In this document: one piece after another, positions 23,216 through 36,060 of the stretch | Layout of the letters: every line of letters begins with the position of its first letter | Numbering within the stretch: position 1 is the first letter of the stretch | Source of the DNA: Mobula hypostoma | Lineage: Eukaryota | Assembly: GCF_963921235.1 (NCBI RefSeq) | Contig: NC_086098.1 | Span: 6,882,001-6,946,000, forward strand | Length of the DNA stretch: 64,000 bases | Direction of reading: 5' to 3' | Position numbers and translations under genes: made by a program | The notes under the pieces: generated by a model | Database searches by the model: none | What the model saw: the letters and a program-made list of their open reading frames with translations, nothing else | What the model was told of the DNA's origin: nothing

Positions 23216-24241
23216 GTATAGGAGTTACTCACTGTATAGGAGTTACTTGGCCACCAGAAGGAGCACAGTCTAGCACAGGGGTTCCCAACCTTTTTTAATG
23301 CCAGTACCCCAGATTGGGAAGCCCTGGCTAGCTTAAAACCGACGGAGTGAACTATTGTAAGTTGTTTCAAAAGTTGTAGAGATGTCATAAATAAAGCAAC
23401 AATCAGCATTTTCACGGAGCTGATTTGATGAATGTAGCTGGATGTCAAAATCGGGACCCTGGTCAATAATAGCACGACAGAATTCGCATAACGAAGGAAG
23501 CAGAGGATTTTTAACTGGCACAAGTTGATTTATCATTAAGGCTGCTCCATGAAAGTGTTGCCGAGCAGCCAAATGGAGATCAATTAACTGCTAGGTCCAT
23601 GGGAAAAAAAATTAGCAACCTTGCTGCACTCCATTTGCCGAGAGGTCAAGCACTAAGAGAGAGATAATTGCTACGAGCAAGCAGAATGGATTAGGGATGA
23701 GCGGGATGTGATGATGTATGTTCGGTGACAAGGTACGTGACAGAGATTTACGCCTGGGCCTGTGACTGCTAGTCTCGGCAAGGACACAAGGACAGGGGAA
23801 GGAGACCCATGGAAAACAATTAGTGCTTCTTCCAAGCAAGCAGTTCTTAATTAGCCATTGCATGTCAGCAAGTGTATTCCTGTCCCCAATTTTTTTAAAA
23901 AGATATCTCCCATTAATTATAACGCAGCAGTGAAAATATTTGACAGAAGTGCCTATTTTGCATTCTCAGATAAATGAAACACATTTTAAAATATATTAGA
24001 AGGTGGCAGATTCAGTAACCCTTTATCGTACAGTCACTGAGGATGGTAGTTAGTCTCCTAATTAATATTAAAAATGTCGAGTTCACATCTAACTTGATCT
24101 TCCAACTTGATCTTCCTACAAGATGTATGGATCATCCTCAGTAGTGAATGCTGTTAAAGTCATATACACTCTTATCTAGGATTCTGGAAGGGTAGTGCTG
24201 GCACCAGTAAGTCCTACAGTCCATTTCCCATTTTATTCATA

Positions 24242-24845
24242 TACATTCAGTGGCTTTGCTAGGTACCCTAATAATGTGGTCACTGAGTGGATGTTCACGG
24301 TCGTCTGCTGCTGTAGCCCATCCATTTCCAGGTTTGACAAGTGTGCGATCAGGGATGCTCTTCTGCATATCACTCTTGTAACATCCCCACTTCCTTCCCT
24401 TTCTCCTATGGTCCACTCTCCACCTCTTCCCCACCCACCGGACTTCATCCATCACCTTCCAGCAAGCCTCCTTCCCCTCCCCCCACCTTTTAGTTCTGGC
24501 TTCTTCCCCCTTCCTTTCCAGTCCTGAAGAAGGGTCTTGGCCCAAAATGTTGACGGTTTACTAATTTCCATAGATGCTGCCTGACATGCTGAGTTCCTCT
24601 GACATTTTGTGTGTGTTACTGTTGTAACGTGTGGTTACTTGAGCTACTGTGGCCTTCCTGTCAGCTTGAACTGGTCTGGACGTTCTTAGAGTTCATAGTG
24701 AAGAACGTCCAGACCAGTTCAAGCTGACAGGAAGGCCACAGTAGCTCAAGTAACCACATGTTACAACAGTAACAGTTACATCATGAACAAGGTGTTTTCA
24801 CCCACAGAACTACCATTTTGTAAAACTCGATAAACTGTTGTGTGT
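24242..24845 (-). mobile_element. Tc1-derived element remnant, interrupted by a Penelope module (about 24382-24615) and containing an inverted duplication
   Basis: Reverse-complement similarity to 39705-40230 and 46925-47464; act(c/g)ttgtaac flanks the insert. Confidence 0.65.
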
Positions 24846-24907
24846 GGATTCACCGTCCTCTGGCCGATGAAATTCCTCCTTATCTCTCTTCTAAAGGGAG
24901 TCTAAGG

Positions 24908-25180
24908 AGCGCCACGTGGCGTAGCGGTTAGCACAATGCTATTACAGTTCAGGACACTGGAGTTCAGAGTTCAATGCTGGCATCCTCCGTAAGGAGGATT
25001 TGAACATGGAATGCATGCATTTTCTCCGGGTGGTCTAGTTTCTGCCCGTGGTCCAAAGACATACTAGTGAGTAGGTTAATTGGTCATTGTAAATTGTCCT
25101 GTGATTAGGCAAGGGTTAAATCGGGGGTTGCTGGGCTGCACCCCCCGGAAGGACCTGTTCCACAGTGTGTCTCTAAATAG
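24908..25180 (+). mobile_element. tRNA-derived V-SINE/HE1-like SINE
   Basis: A-box tggcgtagcgg, degenerate B-box, central tttctccgggtg...tccaaagac and ggttaattggtcattgtaaattgtcc. Related copies near 28700-28965(-), 32090-32300, 54470-54760 and 63660-63890(-). Confidence 0.65.
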
Positions 25181-26576
25181 ATGTCCTTGTACTCGGAGAC
25201 TATGCTTTCTGGTTCTAGACTCCGCCGCTATAGGAACTATTCTGTCTGTCCACGTCCACAATCTCCGATTGGTTTCAATGTTAGGGAATATTCTCGACAT
25301 GATCTATTATATCTTATTTTCATTTTTTTAATTAAGCCGTGCTATATACACTGTAAATATCTATTTTGCACGGACTGGAGAACCACCACAATTTCATTGT
25401 CTTGAGCAATGACAATAAGGTTCTGTTCTGTGCTTTCTATCATTTCTGATGTTTAGTTTTTATTTTTTACTATATCACCAAGAACAAAAGAAGTAACAAG
25501 TGATGATCTCAAAACAAAATGAATGGATATCACTGGTTCATTAGGTGTTGTGCCAGGTGTGAGAGTCTGGTTAGACATTAACCGATCCTTCAGAGGAAGT
25601 GTCGAAGCCAATTCTAGTCTCATTTTTTGGAGGCTGGGGAGGACATGCTTGAGTGATTTTTAATTGCACTGTCTTACTGACCTGGCTGTGTTTCCTGTCT
25701 AGCAGTGTAGTTTGTATGTTTGTGAACGTGTGTGTCTGTTGGTTAGCTCTGTGGGAAGAGGTGTGTGTGTCCAAGCAGGTTATCTTTTTTATTCTGCCAT
25801 GCATTCCTTTTTCGTACACTTGCATTTTTCTGACTACGTGCCTGGGTGATTCCATGGATTAAAATGCATGCCCTCAAAGGAATATCTGGAAAGTTAATTT
25901 TAAGACTGTGTAGCTATTAATTCTCCCAGAGTTCTGTTACTTAAGAAAAAATGCCACAAATGCAGTATGAACTTACAGTAAGCATTTTACAACCCAATAA
26001 AAAGCAATCCCTTGCTGGCCAAGGAAAATAGTAAATCAGTACTTTTACACCTTTCTGCAGTGGCAGATGTATCTCAGTTAAACATAGTGCTTCGGACAAT
26101 GCCGCACTCCCTCAGTACTGCACTGATTCATGACTATATTATGTACTCTCGCCTCTCGTGTTCAAAGATTCAAAGTACATTTATTATCAAAATATGTATA
26201 CAGTATACAACCCTGAGATTCGTCTTCTTCACAGACAGCCACAAAACAAAGAAAACCATAGAACCTGTTCAAAGAAAGACATCAACCTCCCATGTGCAAA
26301 AAAAAAACAAATCACACAAACAGCAACAAGAAAAATGAGCAAAAAGACAGAATATAAAACACGAAATCGAGAGAGTCCAGGCACATTCAGTTCAGCTTGG
26401 TATTCGTTATCTGCTGACTGCTCCGTTTCAAAATCGCCTAAAATAGTAACAAAACAAGGAGCGACCAGAAACCAAAGACACATCGTATGTGAACTACAGG
26501 GAGGCTTTTATCTCAGGATTTTCTGGTAAACACACAATCTCAAAGAAACGTACAACTGTATTTGTCTTATAGGTAA

Positions 26577-27001
26577 CATAGAAACATAGAAAATAGGTGC
26601 AGGAGTAGGCCATTCGGTCCTTCGAGCCTGCACCGCCCTTCAGTACGATCATGGCTGATCATCCAACTCAGAACCCTGTACCTGCCTTCTCTCCATACCC
26701 CCTGATCCCTTTAGCCACAAGGGCCATATCTAACTCCCTCTTAAATATTGCCAATGAACTGGCCTCAACTGTTTCCTGTGGCAGAGAATTCCACAGATTC
26801 ACCACTCTCTGTGTGAAGAAGCTTTTCCTAATCTCGGTCCTAAAAGGCTTCCCCTTTATCCTCAAACTGTGGCCCCTCGTTCTGGACTTACCCAACATCG
26901 GGAACAATCTTCCTGCATCTAGCCTGTCCAATCCCTTTAGGATTTTATACGTTTCAATCAGATCCCCCCTCAATCTTCTAAATTCCAACGAGTATAAGCC
27001 T
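26577..27001 (-). mobile_element. Young CR1 3' fragment
   Basis: Uninterrupted ORF 26668-26988; near-identical to 50640-51064; (tatgtttc)n tail. Confidence 0.9.
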
Positions 27002-27063
27002 AACAGGGCAACTGTTTAACAACAAGGCCGGGCAATGCCAACATACTCCATTAAGTAACCAGT

Positions 27064-27240
27064 CGGTGGTGTAGTGGCATCCGCACTGGTCTTCAAGGTG
27101 AGTGGTCCTGGGTTCGAATCCAGGCAGCTCCTTGAATACTTTCCATCTGCACTGGGTTGAATGTCAAGCTAGCGACTCAACTTTGTACAAATCAGACAAA
27201 AATGCTATAGGCACTTCCGGAAGTGCCAGAGGGTATGGAA
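27064..27240 (+). mobile_element. tRNA-derived SINE
   Basis: A-box tggtgtagtgg, B-box ggttcgaatcc. Second copy at about 28018-28205 and an inverted copy at about 9790-9965. Confidence 0.65.
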
Positions 27241-27289
27241 AAGAACAAGGACGACAACTCGTCAAAGTATCTGCAGATCGTCAGCTTGT

Positions 27290-27710
27290 TCAGTCTTAAG
27301 TTAGTCCTGTCCAGATTTATCCATTCAGGTCCAGGACACTATGGAGTGGGATCTTCTCCAAGGATCATGGCCGTGTTGAGTCGGAGAAGCTTGCAGGCTC
27401 CAGGGATCCTGAGAGCGATGCTGCCTGGAGCTTAGCTCCTGCTGGTGTCACCCATCGAGGGGGACATTCCAGACAAACGGCGACCAAACCAAAACCTCAC
27501 CAGTGGAGCCAGCGGAAGATGATGATCGTCCCAACGGCAGTGAAGGCGGAGGAAGGCTGCAGCATAAAGGATCCCTGGACGGCTTTCATTCCATGTTACT
27601 GGACTCTGACCCTAGTCTGTCAAGGACCGTGTGGTGGCTGCCTGTGGATCCGCCTCTCCGCGTTAAACAAAGTCAGGCGCAGGCATTCTCCATTAGTGGA
27701 ATATCCCCTT
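27290..27710 (+). mobile_element. RTE 5'-UTR-like non-autonomous element
   Basis: GC-rich; shares ggagcttagctcctg...tcacc and the upstream ccaggacact block with an inverted copy at about 48510-48675. Confidence 0.45.
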
Positions 27711-29460
27711 AGGAGAACATCATACTCACCTCGAGTAATCGCAGAAAGACTATCATTTTACGTGGGAAATTACTCAGTGCCAGTAACATGCATTAACATT
27801 AATATAAAACACAAAAGGCATATTTCAGTGCAGATAATGCAGACTGAGCGGAAATGTACTGAAATATTGCTTTTATCTTTTACGTTCTGTCTGTTTTTCA
27901 ATCATTTTGGTTTGTTGCCATTTTTGGGCAGTTTTTTGTGCATGTAAGGGAGGGGGCTTTGATGTTTGATGTTTTTCATTGAACGGGTTTCAGGGTTGTT
28001 TACTGCATACATAGCCAGCTGGTGGTGTCGTGGCATCAGCATCGGCCTTCGAGGCGAGTGCTCCCAGGTTCGAATCCGACTGGCTCCTCGCACGCTTTCC
28101 ATCTGTGCTGAGCGGAGCGTCGAGCTAGCACCTCAGCCTCGTAAAAAACACACAAAATACTGAAGAAACAGCAAGGCTGCTGCCCGATGCACCACAAGGC
28201 ATAGAGAATAAAAATAATAACAATACTGCTAGGACGCAATATCCATGGTCAACTATGACCAATGGAGGCCTCAGACTTTGATAATAAATGTACTTGGAAC
28301 TTTGAACATGCATTGGTTATCTCTAACTTCAGTATGGCTTGAAATTTGAACAGTTAAATAACAAACTAGTTACCAGTAGGTTGACTCGGGCATTTTTACT
28401 CTCTGTAGGTTCAGATGTAGCACTTGACAAGAAGAATTAGTCTGGCATAATTACATGCAAGGAAAGGAAATTGATCCAATGTCTAATCGAATCCAGTTTG
28501 TGTGCATTATTGCAGACAGATTTATCATTGTGTACTGATGCCTCCCAAGTGGGACTCACAAGATGGAGGGACTGGCATCAGGGATGTGTAAGAGTGCCTG
28601 ACTGCAATCTTCATAAGGCATTAAAGCAAACGATTACCACCGTATTGACTTATTTAGAGATACAGGTGGAACAGACCCTTCTGGTCCTACGAGCTGCACC
28701 ACCCACCGACCCAACTATTTAACTCTTGTCTAATCACTGGACAATTTACAATGACCAACTACCCTACAAAATGGTACAAAAGGACCTAGTGCCTGAAAAG
28801 AGTTTATTCACGTACTAAGTGGTATGTCTGGAGGAAACTGGAGCACCCGCAGGAATCCCATGTGGTAATGGAAAGAAAGTATGAACTCTTTACAGACGGT
28901 GTCAGAATTGAACTCCAAATTCCAGAGAGCCCTGAGCTGTAATAGTGTTGGACTAACCACTACGCTATCCTGTGTGAATGTGTGATAGACTTTCACCACG
29001 ATATCTTCGAGCCTGGAGTCTGTTGGCTTACTCTGATGTGGATGATGGCAGACTCGGTCGCAACGGCTTCTATAGGGCCAACCAAAGGTGTTAGTGTCTT
29101 GTTTAATCGCAAGATACTACTGAACATTCAGAAATTCAAGTACTGCAGGACTAGCCCATCAGCGAGTTGCTTATTGGCCAAGGAGCAGGAAGAGCTGGAC
29201 TCGATGCAGACCGTGTTGATGCCTGCTACAGCGAGGTATTGGAGTTGAACAGTGAAGGTGGTGTACAATCTAACAGCGAGTGATTGTCTTAGTCATTTTT
29301 CTTTGTGATCACAAGACCCCATTGGGCATTGGTAATGTGGAATGCTGCAAGTCCGGATCACTGGTTTATTGACGGGACCGATGGCGGAGGAGTTGTGTGG
29401 CCTCGGTTGTAGTGAGGATTAGGCCTCAAGCCATGGTGTCGCTTGTCTGCAGCTGCCAGG

Positions 29461-29838
29461 TGTGTTGAAAGGCCTAGACAGAGTAGATGTGGAAAGGATG
29501 TTTCCCATGGTGGGAGAGTCTAGGACAAGAGGGTACAGCTTCAGGATAGAAGGGCACAATTTCAAAACAGAAATGTGGAGGAATTTCTTTAGCCAAGGGG
29601 TGGTGAGTTTGTGGAATTTGTTGCGACATGCAGCTGTGGAGACCAGGTTGTGGGTGTATTTAAGGCAGAGATTGATAAGTTCTTGATTGGACATGGCATC
29701 AAAGGTTACGGGGGGAAGGCCGGGAACTGGGGCTGAGGAGGGGAAAAAAAACAATCAGCTATGATTGACTGACGGAGCAGACTTGATGGGCAAGGTGGCC
29801 TAATTCTATTCCTATGTCCTATGGTCTTATGGTCTTAT
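29461..29838 (+). mobile_element. CR1 3' fragment
   Basis: LKGLDRVDVERMFPMVGESRTRG...RNFFSQGVVSLWN with (tatggtct)n tail. Confidence 0.85.
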
Positions 29839-30330
29839 TTTCGTATGTGAGAGATTCTTCACAATCTGTGTTTATCATCACAATCTCTGTTTTTCACATG
29901 AGAGACTTTTCACAATCTGCTTTTCACATGTGGGAGATTCCTCACAATCTGTTTTTCACGTGTGAGAGACTCTTCACAATCTGATTTTCACATGTGAGAG
30001 GTTCTTCACAATCTGTGTTTATCATCGCAATCTCTGACTTTCACATGAGAGACTTTTCACAATCTCTGTTTTTCACTAGTGACTCTTCACAATCTGATTT
30101 TCACGTGTGAGAGATTCTTCACAATCTTTTTTTCACATGTGAGAGACTCTTCACAATCTGCTTTTCATGTGTAAGATTCTTCACAATCTCTGTTTTTCAC
30201 GTGAGAGACTTTTCACAATCTCTGATTTTCACATGGAAACTTCTCATAATTTGTTTTTCACATGTGAGAGATTCTTCACAATCTCTGTTTTTTTACACGC
30301 GAGAGATTTTTTAAATCTCTGGTTTTTAAC
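29838..30330. repeat. Degenerate minisatellite, unit about 30-33 bp
   Basis: Repeating ttttcacatgtgagagattcttcacaatctg; one further unit at about 30538-30570. Confidence 0.9.
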
Positions 30331-30374
30331 GTGTAAGAAATTGAAAAACATTTAGTGTTTTCCCAGCGTACATA

Positions 30375-30540
30375 ATGAATAAAGTCTTCTCGGTCTTCCG
30401 GCAAGTTACTGGTATCGATTATAACCAACGTTTCAATGACACACTCTGCCACCTTCATCGAAGTTGGCAGAGTCTGTCATTGAAATGTTGGTTATAATGA
30501 TACCTGTACCCAGCTGGAAGCCTGAGAAAACTTTATTCAT
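30375..30540. mobile_element. Inverted cassette of the second Penelope family's terminal module
   Basis: atgaataaag...ctctgccaccttc / gaagttggcagag...ctttattcat palindrome; arms resemble 6440-6525. Confidence 0.75.
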
Positions 30541-30779
30541 GTAAGAGATTCTTCACAATCTATTTTTTTACCTGTGCTACATGATCGTGGACGTATTTTA
30601 TTCTCGTTTAAATTTAAATTTCACTTATTTCTTCAAGATTCAGGTTGTTAAGTGTGCATTGAAATATCGAGGGATAAACATTGTTGGACTGGAAGAGCCT
30701 GGTACAGTGCTGTATCTCTAAATAAATATAAATGTACTTAGAGTTTAAATCTGTGTCCCCAGACATAAAAGTTATATGA

Positions 30780-31930
30780 AATTGCTTAACAAGATAAACT
30801 GCTATGGCATTGCAGGAAAGATACTGGCATGGATAGCAGAATGGAGGAGACAGTGAGTGGGAATAAAGGGAGACTTTTCTGGTTGGCTGCCAGTGACTGG
30901 TGATGTTCCTCAGGGGTCAGGATTGAAACCGCTACTTTTCACATTGTTTGTCAATGATTTGGATAATGGAATTGATGGCTTTGTGACAAAGCTTGTGGAT
31001 GGTACGAAGATAGGTGGAGGGGTAGGTAGTGCTGAGGAAGCAATGTGATTGCAGCAGGACTTAGACAAATTGGAAGCATGGGCAAAAAAGTGGCAGATGG
31101 AGTACAGGGTTGGGAGATGTATGATAATGCATTTTGGTAAAAAGAATAATAGTGTGGACTAATATCTAAATGGGGAGAAGATTCAAACATCAGAGGTGCA
31201 GAGGGTCTTGGGAGTCCTCATACCAGACTCCCAGAAGGTTAATTTGCAGGTTGAGTCTGTGGTAAAGAAGGCAAATGCAATGTTAGCATTTGTTTCAAGG
31301 GGAATAGAATATGAAAGCAAGGAAATAATGCTGAACCTTTATAAGACACTAGTCAGGCTGCACTTGGAGTATTGTCAACAGTTTGGGCCCCATATCTCAG
31401 AAGGGATGTTTTGTCATTCAAGAGGATCCAGAGGAGGTTCACGAGGATCATTTTGGAAATGAAGGGGTTAATATATGAGAAGTGTTTGGCAGCTTTGGAC
31501 CTGTACTCGCTAGAATTTAGAAGAATGGTGGTGGTGGGGGGGGAATCTCATTGAAGCCGACTGAATGTTGAAAGGACTGGATAGGGTGGATGTGGAGAGG
31601 ATGCTTCCTATGTTGGGGGTATCCAGAACTAGAGGGCACAGCCTCAAGATTGAGGGCTGACCCTTTAGAACAGAGGTAAGGAGGAATTTTTTTAACCAGA
31701 GGGTAGTGAATTTGTGGAATGCTCTGCCACAGACTGCGGCGGAGGCCAAGTCCATAGGTATATTTAAGGTGGAAGTTGATTGTTTCCTGATCGGTCAGGG
31801 CATCAAAGGATATGGCGAGAAGGCAGGTGTATGGGTTTGAGTGGGATCCGGGATCAACCATGATGGAATGGTGGAGCAGACTCGATGGGCTGAATGGCCT
31901 CATTCTGCTCCTGTGTCTAATGGTCTTATA
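30780..31930 (+). mobile_element. 5'-truncated CR1 LINE, degenerate
   Basis: RT remnants (VPQGSGLKPLLF, VKKANAMLAF, LYKTLVRLHLEYC) and 3' UTR. Confidence 0.88.
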
Positions 31931-33224
31931 AGAACATATTCTCTCTATTTGCCATATGCAAACTTATCATAATCTTCTACATCTTTATCACATCTCCACA
32001 AACCTTTTCTCCAAGGAGAACAACTTCATGTCCTCTAGTCTAATCTTTTGATATTCCTGATCCCTGGAATCATTTTAATAAATGATAATTTCCCACTGTT
32101 GCCTGTAAGGGGTTTATACGTTCTCCCTGTAACTGTGTGAGTTTCCTCTGGGTGTTGCGGCTTTCACCCACAGACCAAAGGTATACCGGCTGGTAGATTA
32201 ATTGATCATTGTAATTTGTCCCATGATCAGGCTATTGTTAAATTGGGTGGCATGGCTTGAAGGCCCAGAAGGCCTCCTTCACTCAATATCTCAATAAATC
32301 TGCGCTCCTAAACAACTCCACCTTCTCTAGTCTACCCTTCCCTCTAGTCTAGCCTTCCCTCATGTCCAATCTTCTGATACACCTCATCGCTGTAATCATT
32401 CTAATAAATGTACTCTCCAAACCCTCCACGTCCTTTCAGACATGGGGTTGTCAGAATTGGAGCGCAAGTCTGGCTGTGGCCTAATCAGTGTTTTACAAAG
32501 GATCAACATGACCTCCAAGTCATGCGTGTAGCAAAACCTCTCTCACTTGTATCCCTTGAGTCAGCAAGCCACCTGCCAACACGCCACCTTTCCTGACTGC
32601 AGTAACTCTGAGTGATTGAGGAGGTTGCACTCCAACTCCACTAACCATAAACAATTGTCATTGCTGTTCCTCTTTGACCTAATACTCATGTTTCATGCCA
32701 CCCCCCCCCCCCACCACCTATAGGGTTCAAAATACTTGCCTTATACTGTCAGCTGTTCGATATGTTTCTGAATTTTACCAAGTCATAATCTCTGGATTAC
32801 ATTTTCACGTGGTCAAATGCAGTAATAAATATAAGTGACACTGCAAATCCAGAATAACAGATGCAAAATGTAGGAGGGACACAGCAGCTCAGGCAGCATC
32901 AGTGGAATGGAATAAAGTGGCGATGTTTCAGGATTTTGTCCCAAAATGTCAGCTCTTTATTCCTTTCCATTGATGTTGCCTGACGTGCTGTGTTCTCCCA
33001 GCATTTTGTGTGTGTGTGTGTCTTCAAGTTCAGTTACAATGGAATCGTATGCTTTATTTCAATAAAGGTAAAAGTGCAAAGTCAGTTTCAATGAATTCGT
33101 ACACTTGCAATGGTATGCACTTAAAATCAAAATCAGGTTTAATATCAGCGGCATATGTCCTGGAGTTTGTTGTTTTTGCAGCAGCAGTGCATTGAAATGC
33201 ATAATAATAACAACTTTAAATTAC

Positions 33225-33226
<2 letters not shown>

Positions 33227-33260
<34 letters not shown>
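33227..33260. repeat. (GT)n microsatellite
   Basis: About 17 perfect TG units. Confidence 0.95.
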
Positions 33261-33264
<4 letters not shown>

Positions 33265-36060
33265 TCTATTTATCTACCTATACACATAAAGTTAAATTAA
33301 ATAAGTAGTTTTCTTTGGTTCAGCAGAGGTGAACAAGCTGTTCCTGAATCGTTGACTGTGCGCCTTCAGGCTCCTGTACCTCCTCCCTGATGGTAGCAAT
33401 GAGAAGAGGGCATGTCCTGGGTGATGGGGGTCCTGAATGATAGATGTTGCCTTTTTGAGGAATCACTGCTTGTAGGTGTCCTGGACGCTGGGAAGGCTAG
33501 AGTCCATCATGGAGCTGACTGAATTTACAACTTTTTGCAGCTTGTTTTGGTCTGGTGAGGAAGCCGAGGGTCCAGTTTCAGAGGGCTGTACAGAGGCACA
33601 GGTTTTCTAGGTGGGGAATACAATTTTAAAAGAAATCCTGGCTTCTGCACTCTGTGCAGGTATATGCCTTCAAATAACAGCCTTGATTATTTACAAAGCT
33701 GAGATGATCAATCTCAAGGCTTTCTTCTAATGGCTACTGACTCAAATGTTTATAACTTATTCACTGCCCAGTACACTACTGGTGTTTACGGCAGCAATAC
33801 AGTTCTTCCATCTCTGTCTGTCAGGAGGACTCTTCATTGCTGTTTCCATAACAATTTTGTATGACCAGTCAGGGTTGTTAGCCCTGAGCTGAACCCCTGA
33901 ACCTGGAGGACAGGTAGACCACTCTTAGTCTGGCTTTTACCCTTTGACCTGTTTGGCATGGGTGACCCCACCAAGAGCCAAAGCATGTAGCCCTGACTCC
34001 TGCCAACATAGCTCTCTGGATCGTTCTCTAGACCACAACAAGGCTGTGGTCCTTTTGGATGCATGTTTGTAAGTACTTGGAATCTATTTTAAACTGCTAC
34101 TTGGAATATTATAGTGAAGTAGTACGTGGACAGCCCTGTAGCAGCTAGTCCAACACAATTACAGTGCTACTGATCTGCGTTGAATTCTACTACGCTCTGT
34201 AAGCGGTTTGTATGACTGTGTGGGTTTTCTCTGGGTGCTCCTGTTTCTTCCCACGTCCAGAAGCTGTATGTGTTAGTAGGTTAATTAGTCACATGGGTGA
34301 AACGGGCAATCCAGGCTCATCGGGCAGGAAGTGCCTGGAGTCATCATCTCATACAGAAGTACAGCACAGAAGTAAGCCTTTCGACCTATCTAGTCCACAG
34401 CAAATTATTATTCTGCCTACTCCCATCGAGCTGCAACAGGATCGTAGCCTTCCACTCCCCTCCCATCCATGTACCTATCCAAATTTCTCTGAAACAGTGT
34501 TGAAATAGAGCTCGCCTGCACCACTTGTGCTGGCAGCTCGTTCCATGTTCTCGCCTGCAGAATGAAGAAGTTTCCCTTCATGTCCCCGTTAAACTTTTCA
34601 CCTTTCACCATTAACTCAAGGCCTCTAGTTCCAGGGAAAAACACACAATATGCTGGAGGAGCTTAGCAGGTCGGGCAGCATCTATGGAAATGAATAAACA
34701 GTCGAATGTTTCAGGCTGAGACCTTTCATCAGGTCCTGGAGAAGGGTCTCGGCCTGAAACATCAACTGTTTATTCATTTCCATGCTGAGCTCCTCCAGCA
34801 TTTTGTGTCTCTTTCAAGAGGAGTCCAGATTTTTTAATGGAGCTGAGTCAGTACAATAATCACTTCAGGCAAGATTCAAAAAAAAGGATAATCTTATTCA
34901 AATGCTGAGCTGTTTGAGCAAAAAGTATGCCTTCTCTTCAATCTCTGAGCTTTATTCACAGAAGAAACAAAATCATTTGATCTAACACTTCCATTTTGAT
35001 GGATACAGTTTCAATAAAACAAAATTAAATGGTGTCGAATGATTCAGAGAATTAGAATCCCCTTGCTGGTCGCTTCAAAGTTCAAAATAAATCTATTATC
35101 ATGGTGACTGTCTCCTTGAGATTCATTTTCTTGCAGGCGTTCACAGGAAGATAAAGGAATACAATAGTATTATGGATATAAACAAAGACTGACAAAAAGC
35201 AATGTGCAAAAGAGAATAAATTATGCAAATAATAATAAAAGTAACAGTGAGAACAAAGGGCTGCAGAGTCCCCGAAAGTGAGTGGGATGAGTTCCGCACT
35301 GAGCTGGGCGAAGTTATGTACACTGCTTCAGGAGCCTGATGGTTGAAGGGTAATAATCGTTCCTAAACCTCGTGCTGTGCGACTGAAAGCTCCTGTACCT
35401 CCTCTTCCTGATGGTAGAACCGAGAAGAGAGCACGGCCCGGGTGATAAGGGATCACTTCCGCTGCTGCACACCACTTTCTGAAAAGCAAAATTGTGGATG
35501 CTTTTACACAAGAATTTACATTAGTAGTTTTCCATTACCTCATCCTTTCTCTCTGCTCCCTTTTTATACAATTCTTTCTTCTTTTTTATGGCTGAATATA
35601 TTATTGTTGCATTTATTGCTTTGACGAACATACCATAATAAATTCCAAGTGCTACTAAGTGCATACAGCAAATAAAGTTGTTAGTTATAATATTAGACCC
35701 CTTCCCACTCTATTGATTATTCCTGTCACTGCAGTATTAAGGCTTTAAACCATTCTTTATCATGCTGTTTATAAATACATATGGCTGATTATGTATGTAT
35801 CCAGGTTTCATTCCATTTCTGTACTTTAACCCCTAACTTTGTATTTTATATTATTTTTTATTTATAATTGTTGGAAGTAATCTTCCGTTGCATGTTGCAC
35901 CAACACACCACAGCAAATTCAAAGTTCAAAGTAAATTATCATAGTACATATATGTGACCACTTACCACCCTGAGATTCGTTTTTTTGCAGGCATTCACTG
36001 TAGAATAAAGAAATACAATAGAATCAGTGAAAAACTAGATACAAGATAAGACAAACAATA

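Noticed and set aside
27064..27130. tRNA gene candidates here and near 28020 and 57847
   Set aside because: A/B boxes are present but they run into shared SINE bodies and lack a clean cloverleaf.
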